From positions 18,607 to 82,606 of the forward strand of contig CAYISA010000001.1 in the NCBI GenBank assembly GCA_964365955.1: a stretch of 64,000 bases of DNA. The letters run 5' to 3'. The notes under the pieces are model-generated. The model searched no databases and was not told the DNA's origin. It worked only from the letters and a program-made list of their open reading frames with translations. Every line of letters begins with the position of its first letter. Position 1 is the first letter of the stretch. This document shows positions 54,286 to 64,000 of the stretch, in pieces. Source of the DNA: an uncultured Candidatus Saccharibacteria bacterium. GTDB lineage: Bacteria; Patescibacteriota; Minisyncoccia; UBA6257; GWB1-50-10. A program made the position numbers and the translations under genes.

Positions 54286-54888
54286 TTATTCAGTAATTTG
54301 ACCGCTTTCCGTGATACCAATCTTCGAAATAAGCGTTCCCTGCTTCAGCGAAAGCTGGATCTCAAGCGGAAACAGAAACGCCGTGCCAACACTATCGGTT
54401 GACGTAGGAATAGGGTCCGGAGGAATAAACAGAACATCGAATTCATTTGGAGAAGAGGTATCGCCATCTTTTAACGAAAATTGGATTCGCGGGTCCGGGA
54501 CATAACTGCCGTCATCCGGAAACGCGATATCTTCGGCCGAATCGTAATAACGGTTCCCTTGATACACGCCCCGTACCTTACATAGGCCGTTCAAACCCGC
54601 CACATCGCCGAATAAAAGTGCTTGTTGACTTGCCGCATCAAAGTGAACCCCGAACGCGCATACCTCGCGCTCCGAAACCGCATTGGTCGCGGAAAAACGC
54701 TGGAGGGTCATGGATTTTGCGCGGTAGAGAAGCCCGCTTACGATCGCGCTGTCATGAATCATGGCAAGTTGATCGCGTGCTACGCTTTGCGACGTGACTA
54801 AAATTCCGGAAAGAATTATGAGAACCGCAAGCACCACCCCGATTTCCACAAGCGTCATACCGCGTCGTCGCGCGTTCATATCCTCCAT
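54286..54888 (-). CDS. Minor pilin (FimT/GspH-like)
   Basis: ARRRGMTLVEIGVVLAVLIILSGILV. Confidence 0.6.
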   Translation of the reverse strand: MEDMNARRRGMTLVEIGVVLAVLIILSGILVTSQSVARDQLAMIHDSAIVSGLLYRAKSMTLQRFSATNAVSEREVCAFGVHFDAASQQALLFGDVAGLNGLCKVRGVYQGNRYYDSAEDIAFPDDGSYVPDPRIQFSLKDGDTSSPNEFDVLFIPPDPIPTSTDSVGTAFLFPLEIQLSLKQGTLISKIGITESGQITE

Positions 54889-54918
54889 ATACGTTATTAT
54901 ACTAAAAAATCGGGGTGA

Positions 54919-55833
54919 TTACCCTCCAAAGACGGAGAAATAGAATTGGACGATGGGAACGCCCCCAAAAACAGTAAGGGCGCTACCCGCCACAAAAAAC
55001 GGCGCAAATGGTAGCATGTCTTTCATGGTCTTTTTTTTCTGTACCATGCAATAGAGTCCCACTAAGCCCCCCACCATAAACGAAAGGGCGATCACCACCG
55101 TAATATCCGGCCATCCGAAAAGAATTCCTGCCGCGAGTGCCAATTTTACGTCTCCGAACCCCATCGCGCGTCCGCTACTAAAAGCATAAAGCGCGTAAAA
55201 AAGCAGGCCCGCGATGCCTGCGGCAAGCAGACGATTTACCATCACATTCAAAACTTGCGGGAAAAGCATCGCGTAATGCCCTAAGAATGAATGGCTGAAG
55301 GCAAAAAGAAAGTCAGTGTGAGTGCCAACAAGAAAAGCAATGAGCACCCCCAGAATCCCCAAACCCCAGGAAAGCTCGTTCGGGATGATGTAGTGTTTCA
55401 AATCAACCGCCGCCATCACAAGCCAGATTAAAAAAACCAACACCCACGATACAACAAGACCGTAATACCAAAGCGGTGACGCGCCACCCAAAAATACCGC
55501 GTTCGGAATTTTCCAAAACCCGTTCAGAAAAAACGGGACAAACGCAAAAATACATCCCGTGAGGATCTCGACGAGCGGATACTGAAATGAAATCCGCGCT
55601 TTACAGCCACGGCACCGGGCGCCCTGCACAATAAAACTAAAAACAGGGATGAGTTCGAGGGGGCCGAGCGTTCTCCCGCAGGCGGGACAGTGTGACCGAC
55701 CTCTAAGTTTTTGAAAAGAAAAAAGCGATCCGTTTTTAGGATCGTTGGGATCGTATCGTACTATAAGCACATTGATAAAACTTCCAAAAAACAAACCCAG
55801 TCCTAAAAGCAGTATCCACCCCCACTCCGTCAT
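54919..55833 (-). CDS. pilD: Prepilin peptidase (A24 family)
   Basis: N-terminal Cys pairs CPACG..CRGC, multiple TM helices and the active-site context GFGDVKL. Start moved to ATG 55833 to avoid overlap with the pilin gene. Confidence 0.85.
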   Translation of the reverse strand: MTEWGWILLLGLGLFFGSFINVLIVRYDPNDPKNGSLFSFQKLRGRSHCPACGRTLGPLELIPVFSFIVQGARCRGCKARISFQYPLVEILTGCIFAFVPFFLNGFWKIPNAVFLGGASPLWYYGLVVSWVLVFLIWLVMAAVDLKHYIIPNELSWGLGILGVLIAFLVGTHTDFLFAFSHSFLGHYAMLFPQVLNVMVNRLLAAGIAGLLFYALYAFSSGRAMGFGDVKLALAAGILFGWPDITVVIALSFMVGGLVGLYCMVQKKKTMKDMLPFAPFFVAGSALTVFGGVPIVQFYFSVFGG

Positions 55834-55841
55834 AGATTTGA

Positions 55842-56327
55842 TTAACGCCCGAACTGGCTCCCTAACGCGACACAGTAGGCATTCTGATCCGCACACGTAC
55901 ACGAAGGAATGGAATCCCGAACGCCGTCCGGGACATTACGTGGACTTGCGTTATAAGACGCGGCATTTGTAGGCATAAAACTCGGCGTTTCCGTACCGCG
56001 GTTATTTTCAAGGCAGATCCCTACCACGTATCCCTCGGGTGGCGCGGGAATATACGCATACTCGCCGCCCTGCGGATCGGTGGGAAGCCCCGGAATCACA
56101 CGCGCGACACCGGTTCCGTAAAATTGGTTCGCTGTAGGATACCGATTGGATGAGGAGTGATAGGCCTCAAGTCCATTCTGGATCTGCCGGATATCGGCGA
56201 TTCTACGGGCATCCCGTGCTCGGCTACGCGCAGGACCAATTCCCACAAGCACAACCGAAGAAAGGAGGCCGATAATCGCGACCACCACAAGCATCTCAAT
56301 TAATGTAAACCCACTGTTTTTTTTCAT
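55842..56327 (-). CDS. Type IV pilin
   Basis: MKKNSGFTLIEMLVVVAIIGLLSSVVLVGI..ARDARRIADIRQIQNGLEAY. Confidence 0.85.
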   Translation of the reverse strand: MKKNSGFTLIEMLVVVAIIGLLSSVVLVGIGPARSRARDARRIADIRQIQNGLEAYHSSSNRYPTANQFYGTGVARVIPGLPTDPQGGEYAYIPAPPEGYVVGICLENNRGTETPSFMPTNAASYNASPRNVPDGVRDSIPSCTCADQNAYCVALGSQFGR

Positions 56328-56397
56328 AATTATATAACCGTCTTACAAATCCTGACCGGAGAAGAAAAAATCTCCGGTCGGGACTTTTAAAAAACAA

Positions 56398-56802
56398 TTA
56401 CTGACCTGCCGCCGCACAAATTTCCTGCCCAACGGTACACGATAACGCCGTAGGACACAGTCCAGTGCCTGCTGTAAAAGCCGTTGTTTCTCCGCAAGCG
56501 CCGAGTTTGTACCCCGTATTTACCCCATTCGCATCTGTAAGTACTTCATAAACATAAGCATCTCCCGAAGGACCTTGCATGGTAACCCCTGCGATTGCCG
56601 ACGAATCCGTTGGATACCCAGCCGGATTGATATACGCCGCCTCCAAACCGTTTTGGATCTGCTTTATATCGGCAGCTCTTTTTGCGTCTCGAGAACGTTC
56701 ACGCGCGCCGCCAAGCCCCAACACGACAACGGATGCCAAAAGACCGATAATGGCGACCACAATCAACATTTCGATAAGCGTAAACCCTTTATTTTGTTTC
56801 AT
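56398..56802 (-). CDS. Type IV pilin (likely major pilin, paralog of 55842-56327)
   Basis: MKQNKGFTLIEMLIVVAIIGLLASVVVLGL..SRDAKRAADIKQIQNGLEAAY. Confidence 0.85.
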   Translation of the reverse strand: MKQNKGFTLIEMLIVVAIIGLLASVVVLGLGGARERSRDAKRAADIKQIQNGLEAAYINPAGYPTDSSAIAGVTMQGPSGDAYVYEVLTDANGVNTGYKLGACGETTAFTAGTGLCPTALSCTVGQEICAAAGQ

Positions 56803-56907
56803 TTGTTCTTATATAACCTGAAAGCGACCTTTTTGAATAGCGGTTTCATTATACACTATTGCGGCCCCCTGATACACGATATTGTCCACATGCTTTGCAT
56901 CATATCA

Positions 56908-58113
56908 CTAAAATCCTTTTGTCAGGTTGTATAAGGGGAGTAAAATAGAGGCAAAAAGACCCCCTACCATGACGCCGATAACTACAAGCAAAATAGGCTG
57001 AATCAGCTCCACCAAACTTCCGACCAAATCTTCCACCTCCCGCGTATAAAAAGAGCTGATCTTTGAAAGCAACTGTTCCAGACGCCCGGTGGTCTCTCCT
57101 ACGGAGATAAGCTGGGATACAAGCGGGGGAAAATAAGGGGAATCTTTGAGTGCCTGCGAAAGTAAAATACCTTTTCGCACGTTTTCCGCCGCCGTGTGAA
57201 GCACTTCCTGATAGATCGAGCTTCCGATGGTGTGGGACGAAATTTCAACCGCTTGCGGGATGGTAAGACCGCCCTGGATCAGCACTTTTGATGACTCGGC
57301 GAAGCGCGCGATATACAGTTTCTGAAACATTTTTCCGAAAATCGGCAACCGCAGGATAATTTCGTCTTTCACCGCTTTTCCTTCCTCGGTTTGGACGTAA
57401 TTGATTGCGACCATCAGAAAGCCGATAAAAATGATTAAGAGCGCCCACCACCAATTCCCGAAAAATGTCCCCGTCGCAAGCAACACTTTTGTGATAAACG
57501 GCAACTCAACTTTTGATTCCGCGAAAATGGGCATCATCTGCGGCAAGACCATGGTGAGCATGACGATCACCACCGCGACAAAAAGCAAAATCACGAAAAT
57601 CGGATAGATGAGCGCGTTCCGCACTTTTCCGAGCAATCGCGCCTGGCTTTCCAGATAATCTGCCAAAAAATCGAGCACCTCGCCCAAGCGTCCTGTGACC
57701 TCCGCGGACTTTACCATGTTCACATAAAACTCGGAAAATACGCTCGGATGCCGCCCCAGCGCCTGCGAAAGCGAAAAACCGGATTGGATGTCGCGGCTTA
57801 ATTCCGCGATGACCTGTTTTAGCGTGGGACGCGTCGTCTGCTGGTATAGGTTCCGTAATGTATCCCCCAACGGAACCTGGGACGCGAGAAGTGTCGCAAA
57901 TTGCCGCGTAAAAATCATCAAATCCGCCGTGCGGACACGTTCAAAAAAACTGGAAATGTTCTCCCACCAATTCGCGCTCTTGATCGCTTCGACGCTCAAG
58001 ATAAAAAGCCCGTGGCTCAACAAAATGTTCGCCGCCGCATCGCGGCTGGTGGCTTCTACATTACCGATTTGGAGCTCCCCCTCTTTTGTGCGTGCTTTAT
58101 AATTGAACTTCAT
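56908..58113 (-). CDS. pilC: Type IV pilus platform protein PilC/GspF family
   Basis: 401 aa with duplicated GspF domains. Confidence 0.88.
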   Translation of the reverse strand: MKFNYKARTKEGELQIGNVEATSRDAAANILLSHGLFILSVEAIKSANWWENISSFFERVRTADLMIFTRQFATLLASQVPLGDTLRNLYQQTTRPTLKQVIAELSRDIQSGFSLSQALGRHPSVFSEFYVNMVKSAEVTGRLGEVLDFLADYLESQARLLGKVRNALIYPIFVILLFVAVVIVMLTMVLPQMMPIFAESKVELPFITKVLLATGTFFGNWWWALLIIFIGFLMVAINYVQTEEGKAVKDEIILRLPIFGKMFQKLYIARFAESSKVLIQGGLTIPQAVEISSHTIGSSIYQEVLHTAAENVRKGILLSQALKDSPYFPPLVSQLISVGETTGRLEQLLSKISSFYTREVEDLVGSLVELIQPILLVVIGVMVGGLFASILLPLYNLTKGF

Positions 58114-58126
58114 TGGTGATGTGGTT

Positions 58127-59200
58127 TTAACTGCGCTCGAGCAAAATGCGCAGTTCCGCAGGGTTTAGTGAGAATCCTTCAGCCTGTTCCAACGACACTT
58201 CTTTATTGCGCACCAAGTTCACCAGCGAACGGTTCAGCGAGATCATGCCTTCTTGCACGCTGGTCTCGATCACAAGATCGATCTGGTAAATTTTCCGCTC
58301 ACGAATAAGATTCCGCACCGCGGAATTCGAAAGCATGATTTCCATTGCCGGCACGCGTCCGCCGCCCACCCGCGGCACCAGCCGTTCCGACACGATGGCC
58401 ACGAGCGTCGATGCGAGCTGAGACACCACCTGCCCCTGTTGTTCCGGCGGAAAACTGTCGATAATGCGGTCAATCGTCTGGGAAGCCGAATTGGTGTGGA
58501 GCGTGGAGAATACCAAATGTCCGGTCTCCGCCGCCGTCATGGACGTTGCGATCGTTTCGGGATCGCGCATTTCACCGATCATGATCACATCCGGGTCCTG
58601 TCGCAATACCGCGCGAAGCGCCTCGTGAAACGAGATGGCGTCTTGCCCCACTTCGCGTTGGGAGATAATACACCGGTCCTGTGAAAAAATATACTCGATG
58701 GGGTCTTCGACGGTAATGATGTGTTCTGTATATTTATGATTCACCTCGTCCAAAACCGCCGCAAGCGTAGTGGATTTTCCGTGTCCGGCCGGGCCCACCA
58801 CCAGAATGAAACCTTGGTTCAGTTTTGCAAAATCATGCAGGATGGGCGGCAATCCCAACTCTTCGATGGTCCGAATGCGCGCGGGAATAAGCCGCAGTGC
58901 GGCCGCCATGAATCCGCGCTGATAAAATACGTTCACGCGAAATCGCGCTTTGTCTTCGTAGTTATACGAAAAGTCCACCTGCTTCAAAGCCCCAAAGCGG
59001 CTTTTCTGTTCTTCGTTTAAAAGAGCCATCACTAACCCCTCCGCGTCTTCTTTTGTTAGAATTGGTTCTTTCGCAAGCGGGATCAAAACACTGTCCACGC
59101 GAATCGTGGGGCGGCGTCCCACTGCGATATGAAGGTCCGACGCATTCTGGCGCGCTGTAGTAAGGAGAAGTTCATTCAGCTTTTCCTTGAAATTCATCAT
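58127..59200 (-). CDS. pilT: Twitching-motility (retraction) ATPase PilT
   Basis: 357 aa; ASDLHI, Walker A GPAGHGKST, and an AIRNLIRE-like SAVRNLIRERK motif. Confidence 0.88.
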   Translation of the reverse strand: MMNFKEKLNELLLTTARQNASDLHIAVGRRPTIRVDSVLIPLAKEPILTKEDAEGLVMALLNEEQKSRFGALKQVDFSYNYEDKARFRVNVFYQRGFMAAALRLIPARIRTIEELGLPPILHDFAKLNQGFILVVGPAGHGKSTTLAAVLDEVNHKYTEHIITVEDPIEYIFSQDRCIISQREVGQDAISFHEALRAVLRQDPDVIMIGEMRDPETIATSMTAAETGHLVFSTLHTNSASQTIDRIIDSFPPEQQGQVVSQLASTLVAIVSERLVPRVGGGRVPAMEIMLSNSAVRNLIRERKIYQIDLVIETSVQEGMISLNRSLVNLVRNKEVSLEQAEGFSLNPAELRILLERS

Positions 59201-59234
59201 GCGTAGTTAATTGTAGCGAATTTTCCTTAGTCCG

Positions 59235-60980
59235 TCACGCTTCTCCACGAAACGTTTCGGTAGTTTCGGTTATAACCTCTTCAATCAATACTTTTCCTTC
59301 AAGCGCTTTCAATATGCCATCCTGCCGGAGAGATATAAATCCCTGCCGATGAGCCTCATCAAGAATCGTTCCTTCGGTGAACCCTTTCGTAATCGCGTCA
59401 CCTAATTCTCGCGTCATCCGGAACATTTCGAATAGTGCGAGACGCCCCACGCTTCCCTTTCCTTTACAGATTTTGCACGTCGGTTTCGGCTCCGCTTTAT
59501 AGATTGTGTACGGCGATCGATACGACACTATTTTTTGCACATCCGCAGGAAGCGCATGAAGCGCCGCGTCAATGCTTTTAGAAATTTCTTGGGATGCCGG
59601 ACGCGGAACTTTGCATTCGGGACAAAGGTGGAGCACTAGCCGCTGGGAAAGCATGAGATTCAAGGCGGATGAAAGCAAAAAAGGTTCCACCTTCAAGTCC
59701 ACAAGGCGCGGGACAACTCCGATCGCATTATTTGTGTGGATCGTTGAAAGCACGATGTGGCCGGTCAGAGCGGCGTTCACCGCAAGATCCGCCGTTTCCG
59801 AATCGCGGACCTCACCCACCATAATCACATCCGGATCTTGACGCAAAATCTGCCGCAGTCCGGAGGCAAAGGTGTAACCGATTTCCGGCCGCACCTGCGA
59901 CTGATTCACGCCGTCCATAAAATACTCAACCGGATCTTCGAGCGTCACCACATTATATGCGTCGCTGTTGAACCGCTGAAGAATTGCGTAAAGTGTTGTG
60001 GATTTTCCAGAGCCGGTGGGACCGCTGATCAAAACCATCCCATACGGCCGCGTAACGGCTTCTGTGACAATCGCGGAATGCCACGCACTAAGTCCAAGTT
60101 GATCGAGCCCCTTCAAACCCGTCGCGCTGTCCAAAACACGGATCGCGGTTTTTTCTCCCGAAGGAGTGGGAAATGTCGCCACGCGGTAATCAACATCTCT
60201 ACCAAAAATAAACGTGCGGAATCGTCCGTCTTGCGGAATGCGGGATTCGTCGAGTTTCATGCGCGCCAAAACCTTCACGCGCGACAAAACCGGCTGGGAA
60301 AGCGACGGCGGGAGCGAAGATATTTCCTTCAGTTTCCCGTCTACGCGGAATCGTATTCGCAGACGATTTTTCTGCGGCTCGATATGAATGTCCGATGCGT
60401 TCGATTCAACGGCCTCGCGGAGCGTCGATGCCACAATCTTGATGATCGGCGCGTCGTCGCGTGATCCTCCGCTTTCCAATTCCACCTGCTCGTCTTCCTC
60501 CACAACTTTTCCGATCTCCCGCACCGCCGCCTGCAATTCGGATTCAAATGGAGCGTATTTTCGAAGAACGGCATTTAAATCGGAGAAGGTGATCAAATAG
60601 ATCCCCAAGCTCACTCCTTCTTTTTTTGCAATAAACTTAAGCGCCTCCTGCGCGCGCAAATCATCGGGATGAAACATTCCCACCACGAGAAGTTTTTTCT
60701 GTTTTTCAATCGGAACCACACGATAGGTCACGGCCGTTTCCTGCGGAATAATTTTTAAAAGCTCCTCCCCGATGGATTCGGGATTAACTTTTTTGTACGG
60801 AATTCCAAGCAACTCGCTTTTTACACCCGCCACCACGCTTTCCTCCACGGTTTTCCGTTCATAGAGAATTTCTTCCGCCGAACGATTTACAAACGCTCCG
60901 TCTCGGAGCGCTCGATCGGCAACATCCTCCCCCACCAGCTGCCTTTTTACCAATTCTTTGATGAGTTCCTGATCGGTCAT
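59235..60980 (-). CDS. pilB: Type IV pilus assembly ATPase PilB
   Basis: 581 aa with a GSPII N-terminal domain, Walker A GPTGSGKST and a C-terminal tetracysteine CPEC..CKIC. Confidence 0.9.
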   Translation of the reverse strand: MTDQELIKELVKRQLVGEDVADRALRDGAFVNRSAEEILYERKTVEESVVAGVKSELLGIPYKKVNPESIGEELLKIIPQETAVTYRVVPIEKQKKLLVVGMFHPDDLRAQEALKFIAKKEGVSLGIYLITFSDLNAVLRKYAPFESELQAAVREIGKVVEEDEQVELESGGSRDDAPIIKIVASTLREAVESNASDIHIEPQKNRLRIRFRVDGKLKEISSLPPSLSQPVLSRVKVLARMKLDESRIPQDGRFRTFIFGRDVDYRVATFPTPSGEKTAIRVLDSATGLKGLDQLGLSAWHSAIVTEAVTRPYGMVLISGPTGSGKSTTLYAILQRFNSDAYNVVTLEDPVEYFMDGVNQSQVRPEIGYTFASGLRQILRQDPDVIMVGEVRDSETADLAVNAALTGHIVLSTIHTNNAIGVVPRLVDLKVEPFLLSSALNLMLSQRLVLHLCPECKVPRPASQEISKSIDAALHALPADVQKIVSYRSPYTIYKAEPKPTCKICKGKGSVGRLALFEMFRMTRELGDAITKGFTEGTILDEAHRQGFISLRQDGILKALEGKVLIEEVITETTETFRGEA

Positions 60981-60989
60981 GCGAAAAAA

Positions 60990-61304
60990 TTATGGCTTGA
61001 AGGGATTGCTTTTCCCGGTCGCCGGCAACACAAGCGCGGAAGCAAAATTTTGGAGCAGGGCAAACACCTTCGCTTCTCGTTCCTGGGACGTGGGATCAAG
61101 AACCGAGGTGGGATCGAAATTTTTTGTTGAGCTCGAGATGGTCGAAATTTCTTTGAAGGTTCCGGGGAGTACGACTTCGATTTTTTCCGGCTGTTTGAAA
61201 AAGAGATAATATCCGCCGCCAAAAACACCGACGATGACCACGGCAAAGGTCAGGATAGTGATCCAATTTACTGGTTTTTTCTCTTCTTCTACAAGGATTG
61301 CCAT
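60990..61304 (-). CDS. Small single-pass membrane protein in the pilus operon
   Basis: 104 aa with TM helix WITILTFAVVIVGVFGGGYYLFF. Confidence 0.45.
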   Translation of the reverse strand: MAILVEEEKKPVNWITILTFAVVIVGVFGGGYYLFFKQPEKIEVVLPGTFKEISTISSSTKNFDPTSVLDPTSQEREAKVFALLQNFASALVLPATGKSNPFKP

Positions 61305-61313
61305 ATTTTTAAT

Positions 61314-61898
61314 TTATTGCACGGGGTTTTGATAAAACATATCGATGGACAAATCGAGTGCGTCTCCTACGCCTGCTTCCTTGCCTATCCCGGGTGTGAA
61401 CTTGAACGTTCGTACGTTCGCTACACGGATATTCTTTTCCACGAGCTCAAGAAATTTTTTAAGATTTTCATAGACGCCGCGCGCGGACACCGTAACGTTC
61501 ACGGCCCCCATTGGTTTCACAATGGTAATTTTTGCTTTCGAAGCGGAAAGAAAGGGGGGGGTGATTTTAAATCCCAAGGACGTAACGGTGGCATTCGTCG
61601 TTTTGGCAACCGCATTAATCTGTCGTAAGGCTCCGATCGTATCCGAACCTGCGGGCATCGCGAGGGAAACCGAAGCTTGTAGCTGGGGAAGATTACGAAA
61701 CTGCGCGATCAATTTTTGGACTTCGTCCACCGCCTGTTTCTGAACGTTAAAAAGGGATTGCTTCGATGCGATCTCTCCTCGCTCTTTTGAGATATTTTTT
61801 GCCTCGGGAACGATTAAATTAAAATAGATGATCGCCACGCCGATAAAAAGGGCAACCGAGAGCCCGATACTTAAAATTCTTTTTGTGGAAATTCTCAT
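61314..61898 (-). CDS. PilO-like pilus assembly protein
   Basis: N-terminal TM, a coiled-coil and a C-terminal domain. Position follows the pilN-like gene. Confidence 0.55.
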   Translation of the reverse strand: MRISTKRILSIGLSVALFIGVAIIYFNLIVPEAKNISKERGEIASKQSLFNVQKQAVDEVQKLIAQFRNLPQLQASVSLAMPAGSDTIGALRQINAVAKTTNATVTSLGFKITPPFLSASKAKITIVKPMGAVNVTVSARGVYENLKKFLELVEKNIRVANVRTFKFTPGIGKEAGVGDALDLSIDMFYQNPVQ

Positions 61899-61903
61899 GA
61901 AAA

Positions 61904-62479
61904 TTAAAATGCCGGCTTGGTAAGGAAGTCATCCTTGAACGTAATTTTGATGGTGAACACCGTGTTGCCGCTTGCGAGCGATACCTTATCGAGTGCGATC
62001 ACAGCAACCTCGGGCTGACGCTCAAAAACCGTAACTTGTCCGGCGACCGCATCAAACTCGGGAGTCGTTCCATCAAGCGTCAATGTCTGCGAGTCCCCCT
62101 CCATACTCGCGTTTGTATAGGCAACGGAAGGAACGGTATTTTTTTCGAGAAAAGAAAAGATATTATAAGAGAAAAGGTGATCGCCAAGCGCTTTTTTTAA
62201 ATTGACGATCTGCGAATAAAAACTCACAAATTTTTCTTTGTCTTCGCTGGTAACTTGTTTTGCCAACTGATCAATCGAGGCATCCACCCGTTTTCTTTCG
62301 CCCGCCAAATACGACGTGTACCCGAACTTCAGTCCGACAAAAACAAAGATAGAAAATAGAAAAAGAAACGCCGCCGAAATAAGCAACCGCCACGGCCACC
62401 CCACGGGCAGTTTCTCGGTTAAAAATTCCTCCGAAAATTGTGAAGTTCTAGCTACTGGCTGAACTCCCGTTTGATCCAT
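61904..62479 (-). CDS. PilN-like pilus assembly protein
   Basis: Single TM (LLISAAFLFLFSIFVFVGL) followed by a periplasmic domain. Overlaps the pilM 3' end. Confidence 0.55.
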   Translation of the reverse strand: MDQTGVQPVARTSQFSEEFLTEKLPVGWPWRLLISAAFLFLFSIFVFVGLKFGYTSYLAGERKRVDASIDQLAKQVTSEDKEKFVSFYSQIVNLKKALGDHLFSYNIFSFLEKNTVPSVAYTNASMEGDSQTLTLDGTTPEFDAVAGQVTVFERQPEVAVIALDKVSLASGNTVFTIKITFKDDFLTKPAF

Positions 62480-63572
62480 AAAATAGTTTCATCGCAAGAC
62501 CCGTGGAGAGCGCGAACGTATTGCTCAATTCCTTCATGAGTGGCTCCATCCCCTGGGGGTACTGTATCTTTGAAAACGGCCGAAGCCCTCCTACCATAAT
62601 CCCCATCTGTTCTTCGACGTGTTCCCGGATGCCCGGAAGATTTGCCCCCCCGCCCGTAAGCAACACTTTTTCGATCGTGCGTCCCGTCGCTTGCTCAAAA
62701 ATTCCCCGCACGCGGCTTGCTTCCTGTATTATAACATCTAAAAAGGGCGCAAGCGATGTTGATAATTCGGTTTCTCCTCCAAATCCTTCAAGCCCGCGTC
62801 GTTTTTTAAGCTCCTCCGCGCGCCACGGGCTGATCTCCAAACTGCGCGCGAGCGCTTGCGTGAGCGATGCTCCTCCGTAATCCGACTGCCCTACTTGCTT
62901 AACATGGCGTCCTTCAATTACGGCAAACTGGGTGGATTCCGCACCTAGGTCAATAAGTAGCGCCGGCGCGTTTTCGCCCTCATAGAGCGTCCGCACTAAT
63001 GCGTAGCTTTCAATCTCCACGGCGGCCAGATGCACACCCGCGCCTCTAAAAATGGCTTTGTAAGTTTCGATCAAATCATTCGGAACCGCGGTGAGTAGAA
63101 TATGCTGAAAAGGCTGGCCCTGTGCATTCGTAAAATCTTCCATCTTCACCCAATCGAGTGTCGTCGTGTTCAGCGCAACCGGAATATACTGCCGGGCCTG
63201 AAACAATACCGCATTCTGCGTCTCTTTGAGCGGCATAGCAGGCAGTTCGATAGGAACGATAAAAACCCGAAAGAGCGGAACGGAAGCCACGGCACGATCC
63301 GTCTGCACCTTCATTTCCCGCAGGAGTGTTTTTAGAAGAGCGGAAGTCCGTTTTACATCAAGACGTAGCGATGTGGTCTGTACCGCCTCATTCGGCCGAT
63401 CCAAATAATCCTTCTTCTCAAGGATTCCGTAATTCGTGAGCGCGACACCGTCCGCAAGACGCTCCAACTCCACGGCCTTAAGCGCCACCGTGCCGATATC
63501 CACCCCAAGCGCTCGTTTCACTTTAAGAAATTGGGTGACATCCGTAAAAAAATCTTTAATGCCAAAATTCAT
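62448..63572 (-). CDS. pilM: Type IV pilus assembly ATPase-fold protein PilM
   Basis: Actin-like fold: LGVDIGTVALKAVELE, LIDLGAESTQFAV, LLTGGGANLPG. Confidence 0.85.
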   Translation of the reverse strand: MNFGIKDFFTDVTQFLKVKRALGVDIGTVALKAVELERLADGVALTNYGILEKKDYLDRPNEAVQTTSLRLDVKRTSALLKTLLREMKVQTDRAVASVPLFRVFIVPIELPAMPLKETQNAVLFQARQYIPVALNTTTLDWVKMEDFTNAQGQPFQHILLTAVPNDLIETYKAIFRGAGVHLAAVEIESYALVRTLYEGENAPALLIDLGAESTQFAVIEGRHVKQVGQSDYGGASLTQALARSLEISPWRAEELKKRRGLEGFGGETELSTSLAPFLDVIIQEASRVRGIFEQATGRTIEKVLLTGGGANLPGIREHVEEQMGIMVGGLRPFSKIQYPQGMEPLMKELSNTFALSTGLAMKLFYGSNGSSASS

Positions 63573-63610
63573 TTCCTATTCATTGTAACACAGATTTGCG
63601 GGATCCTTTT

Positions 63611-64000
63611 ATGTTTTCTAAAATAGCAGTTATGAAGCTTCGCAATATTATTTTTTCGCTCGGGACACTGCTCTTCCCTATGCGGTGCCCGGGCTGTAAC
63701 ACCGTCATGCCGGGATCCGATCCGTCCACGCGCCTCTGCGAAACCTGCCAAAATTCCATCGCACTTTTAAGCGGAGTGTACTGCTCTGTCTGCGGGAGAC
63801 GCCTATCCGAAACAGTTCGCCACCCGCACTCCAACCATATTCTTTTCCCCGCAACGGATTTTAAAACCACCGCCATACGAAATTGCATCCATGCACTAAA
63901 ATACCGCCGTGAACGCCTGGTAGCACGCATCTGTGCAGAACTTCTTTTTTTGTATCTCAAAAAAATAGAGCGCTCATATGATCTTTCTTTCGGAAAATGG
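63611..64000 (+). CDS. comF: ComF-family phosphoribosyltransferase-like competence protein (partial, runs off the right edge)
   Basis: Not in the ORF track because it has no stop. My translation is MFSKIAVMKLRNIIFSLGTLLFPMRCPGCN..LCETCQNSI..YCSVCGRRL...AIRNCIHALKYRRERLVA, showing the double zinc-ribbon N-terminus typical of ComF. Confidence 0.6.
   Translation, partial: MFSKIAVMKLRNIIFSLGTLLFPMRCPGCNTVMPGSDPSTRLCETCQNSIALLSGVYCSVCGRRLSETVRHPHSNHILFPATDFKTTAIRNCIHALKYRRERLVARICAELLFLYLKKIERSYDLSFGKW

Noticed and set aside
1-64000. Alternative genetic code (UGA or UAG reassignment, as in some CPR lineages)
   Set aside because: Long housekeeping genes (cysS, dnaB, recG, pheT, ligA, gatA, pilB) read intact and end appropriately with standard stops. 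The single in-frame TAG at 35826 is an isolated case.

Overview
This 64-kb window reads like a small-genome, CPR/Parcubacteria-type bacterium. That is an inference from gene content: compact housekeeping genes (cysS, dnaB, recR, rplU, cca, recG, pheST, gatCA, ligA) that read intact under code 11, many type IV pilus genes, very large Thr/Gly/Ser-rich surface proteins, and a four-helix-bundle/DGR module. Main content: (i) Two separate type IV pilus gene sets. One spans 16.0-29.7 kb and is headed by a 1855-aa putative pilus-associated adhesin. The other spans 52.7-63.6 kb and carries four minor pilins, pilD, two pilins, pilC, pilT, pilB and pilMNO, followed by a partial comF. (ii) A complete diversity-generating retroelement at 44.1-47.7 kb: RT, an Avd-like protein, one TR, and two VRs at the C-termini of paralogous target genes. 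The TR differs from the VRs at 17 and 13 positions, all at TR adenines. The DGR lies in a ~4-kb segment bracketed by a 20-nt direct repeat (19/20 identical) of the tRNA-Asp 3' end. (iii) Seven tRNA genes. Four are followed by an extra copy of their own T-stem/acceptor 3' strand, and three of those copies sit inside a conserved ~110-120-nt structured element that I cannot assign to a known RNA family. (iv) Two secreted proteins with T9SS-type C-terminal sorting domains and their own consensus-like promoters, which look foreign here. (v) A 363-bp intragenic duplication, identical by my reading, in a 1262-aa surface protein. I recognised no rRNA, CRISPR array, transposase or integrase. All calls come from reading the sequence and the ORF translations; no database search was run.
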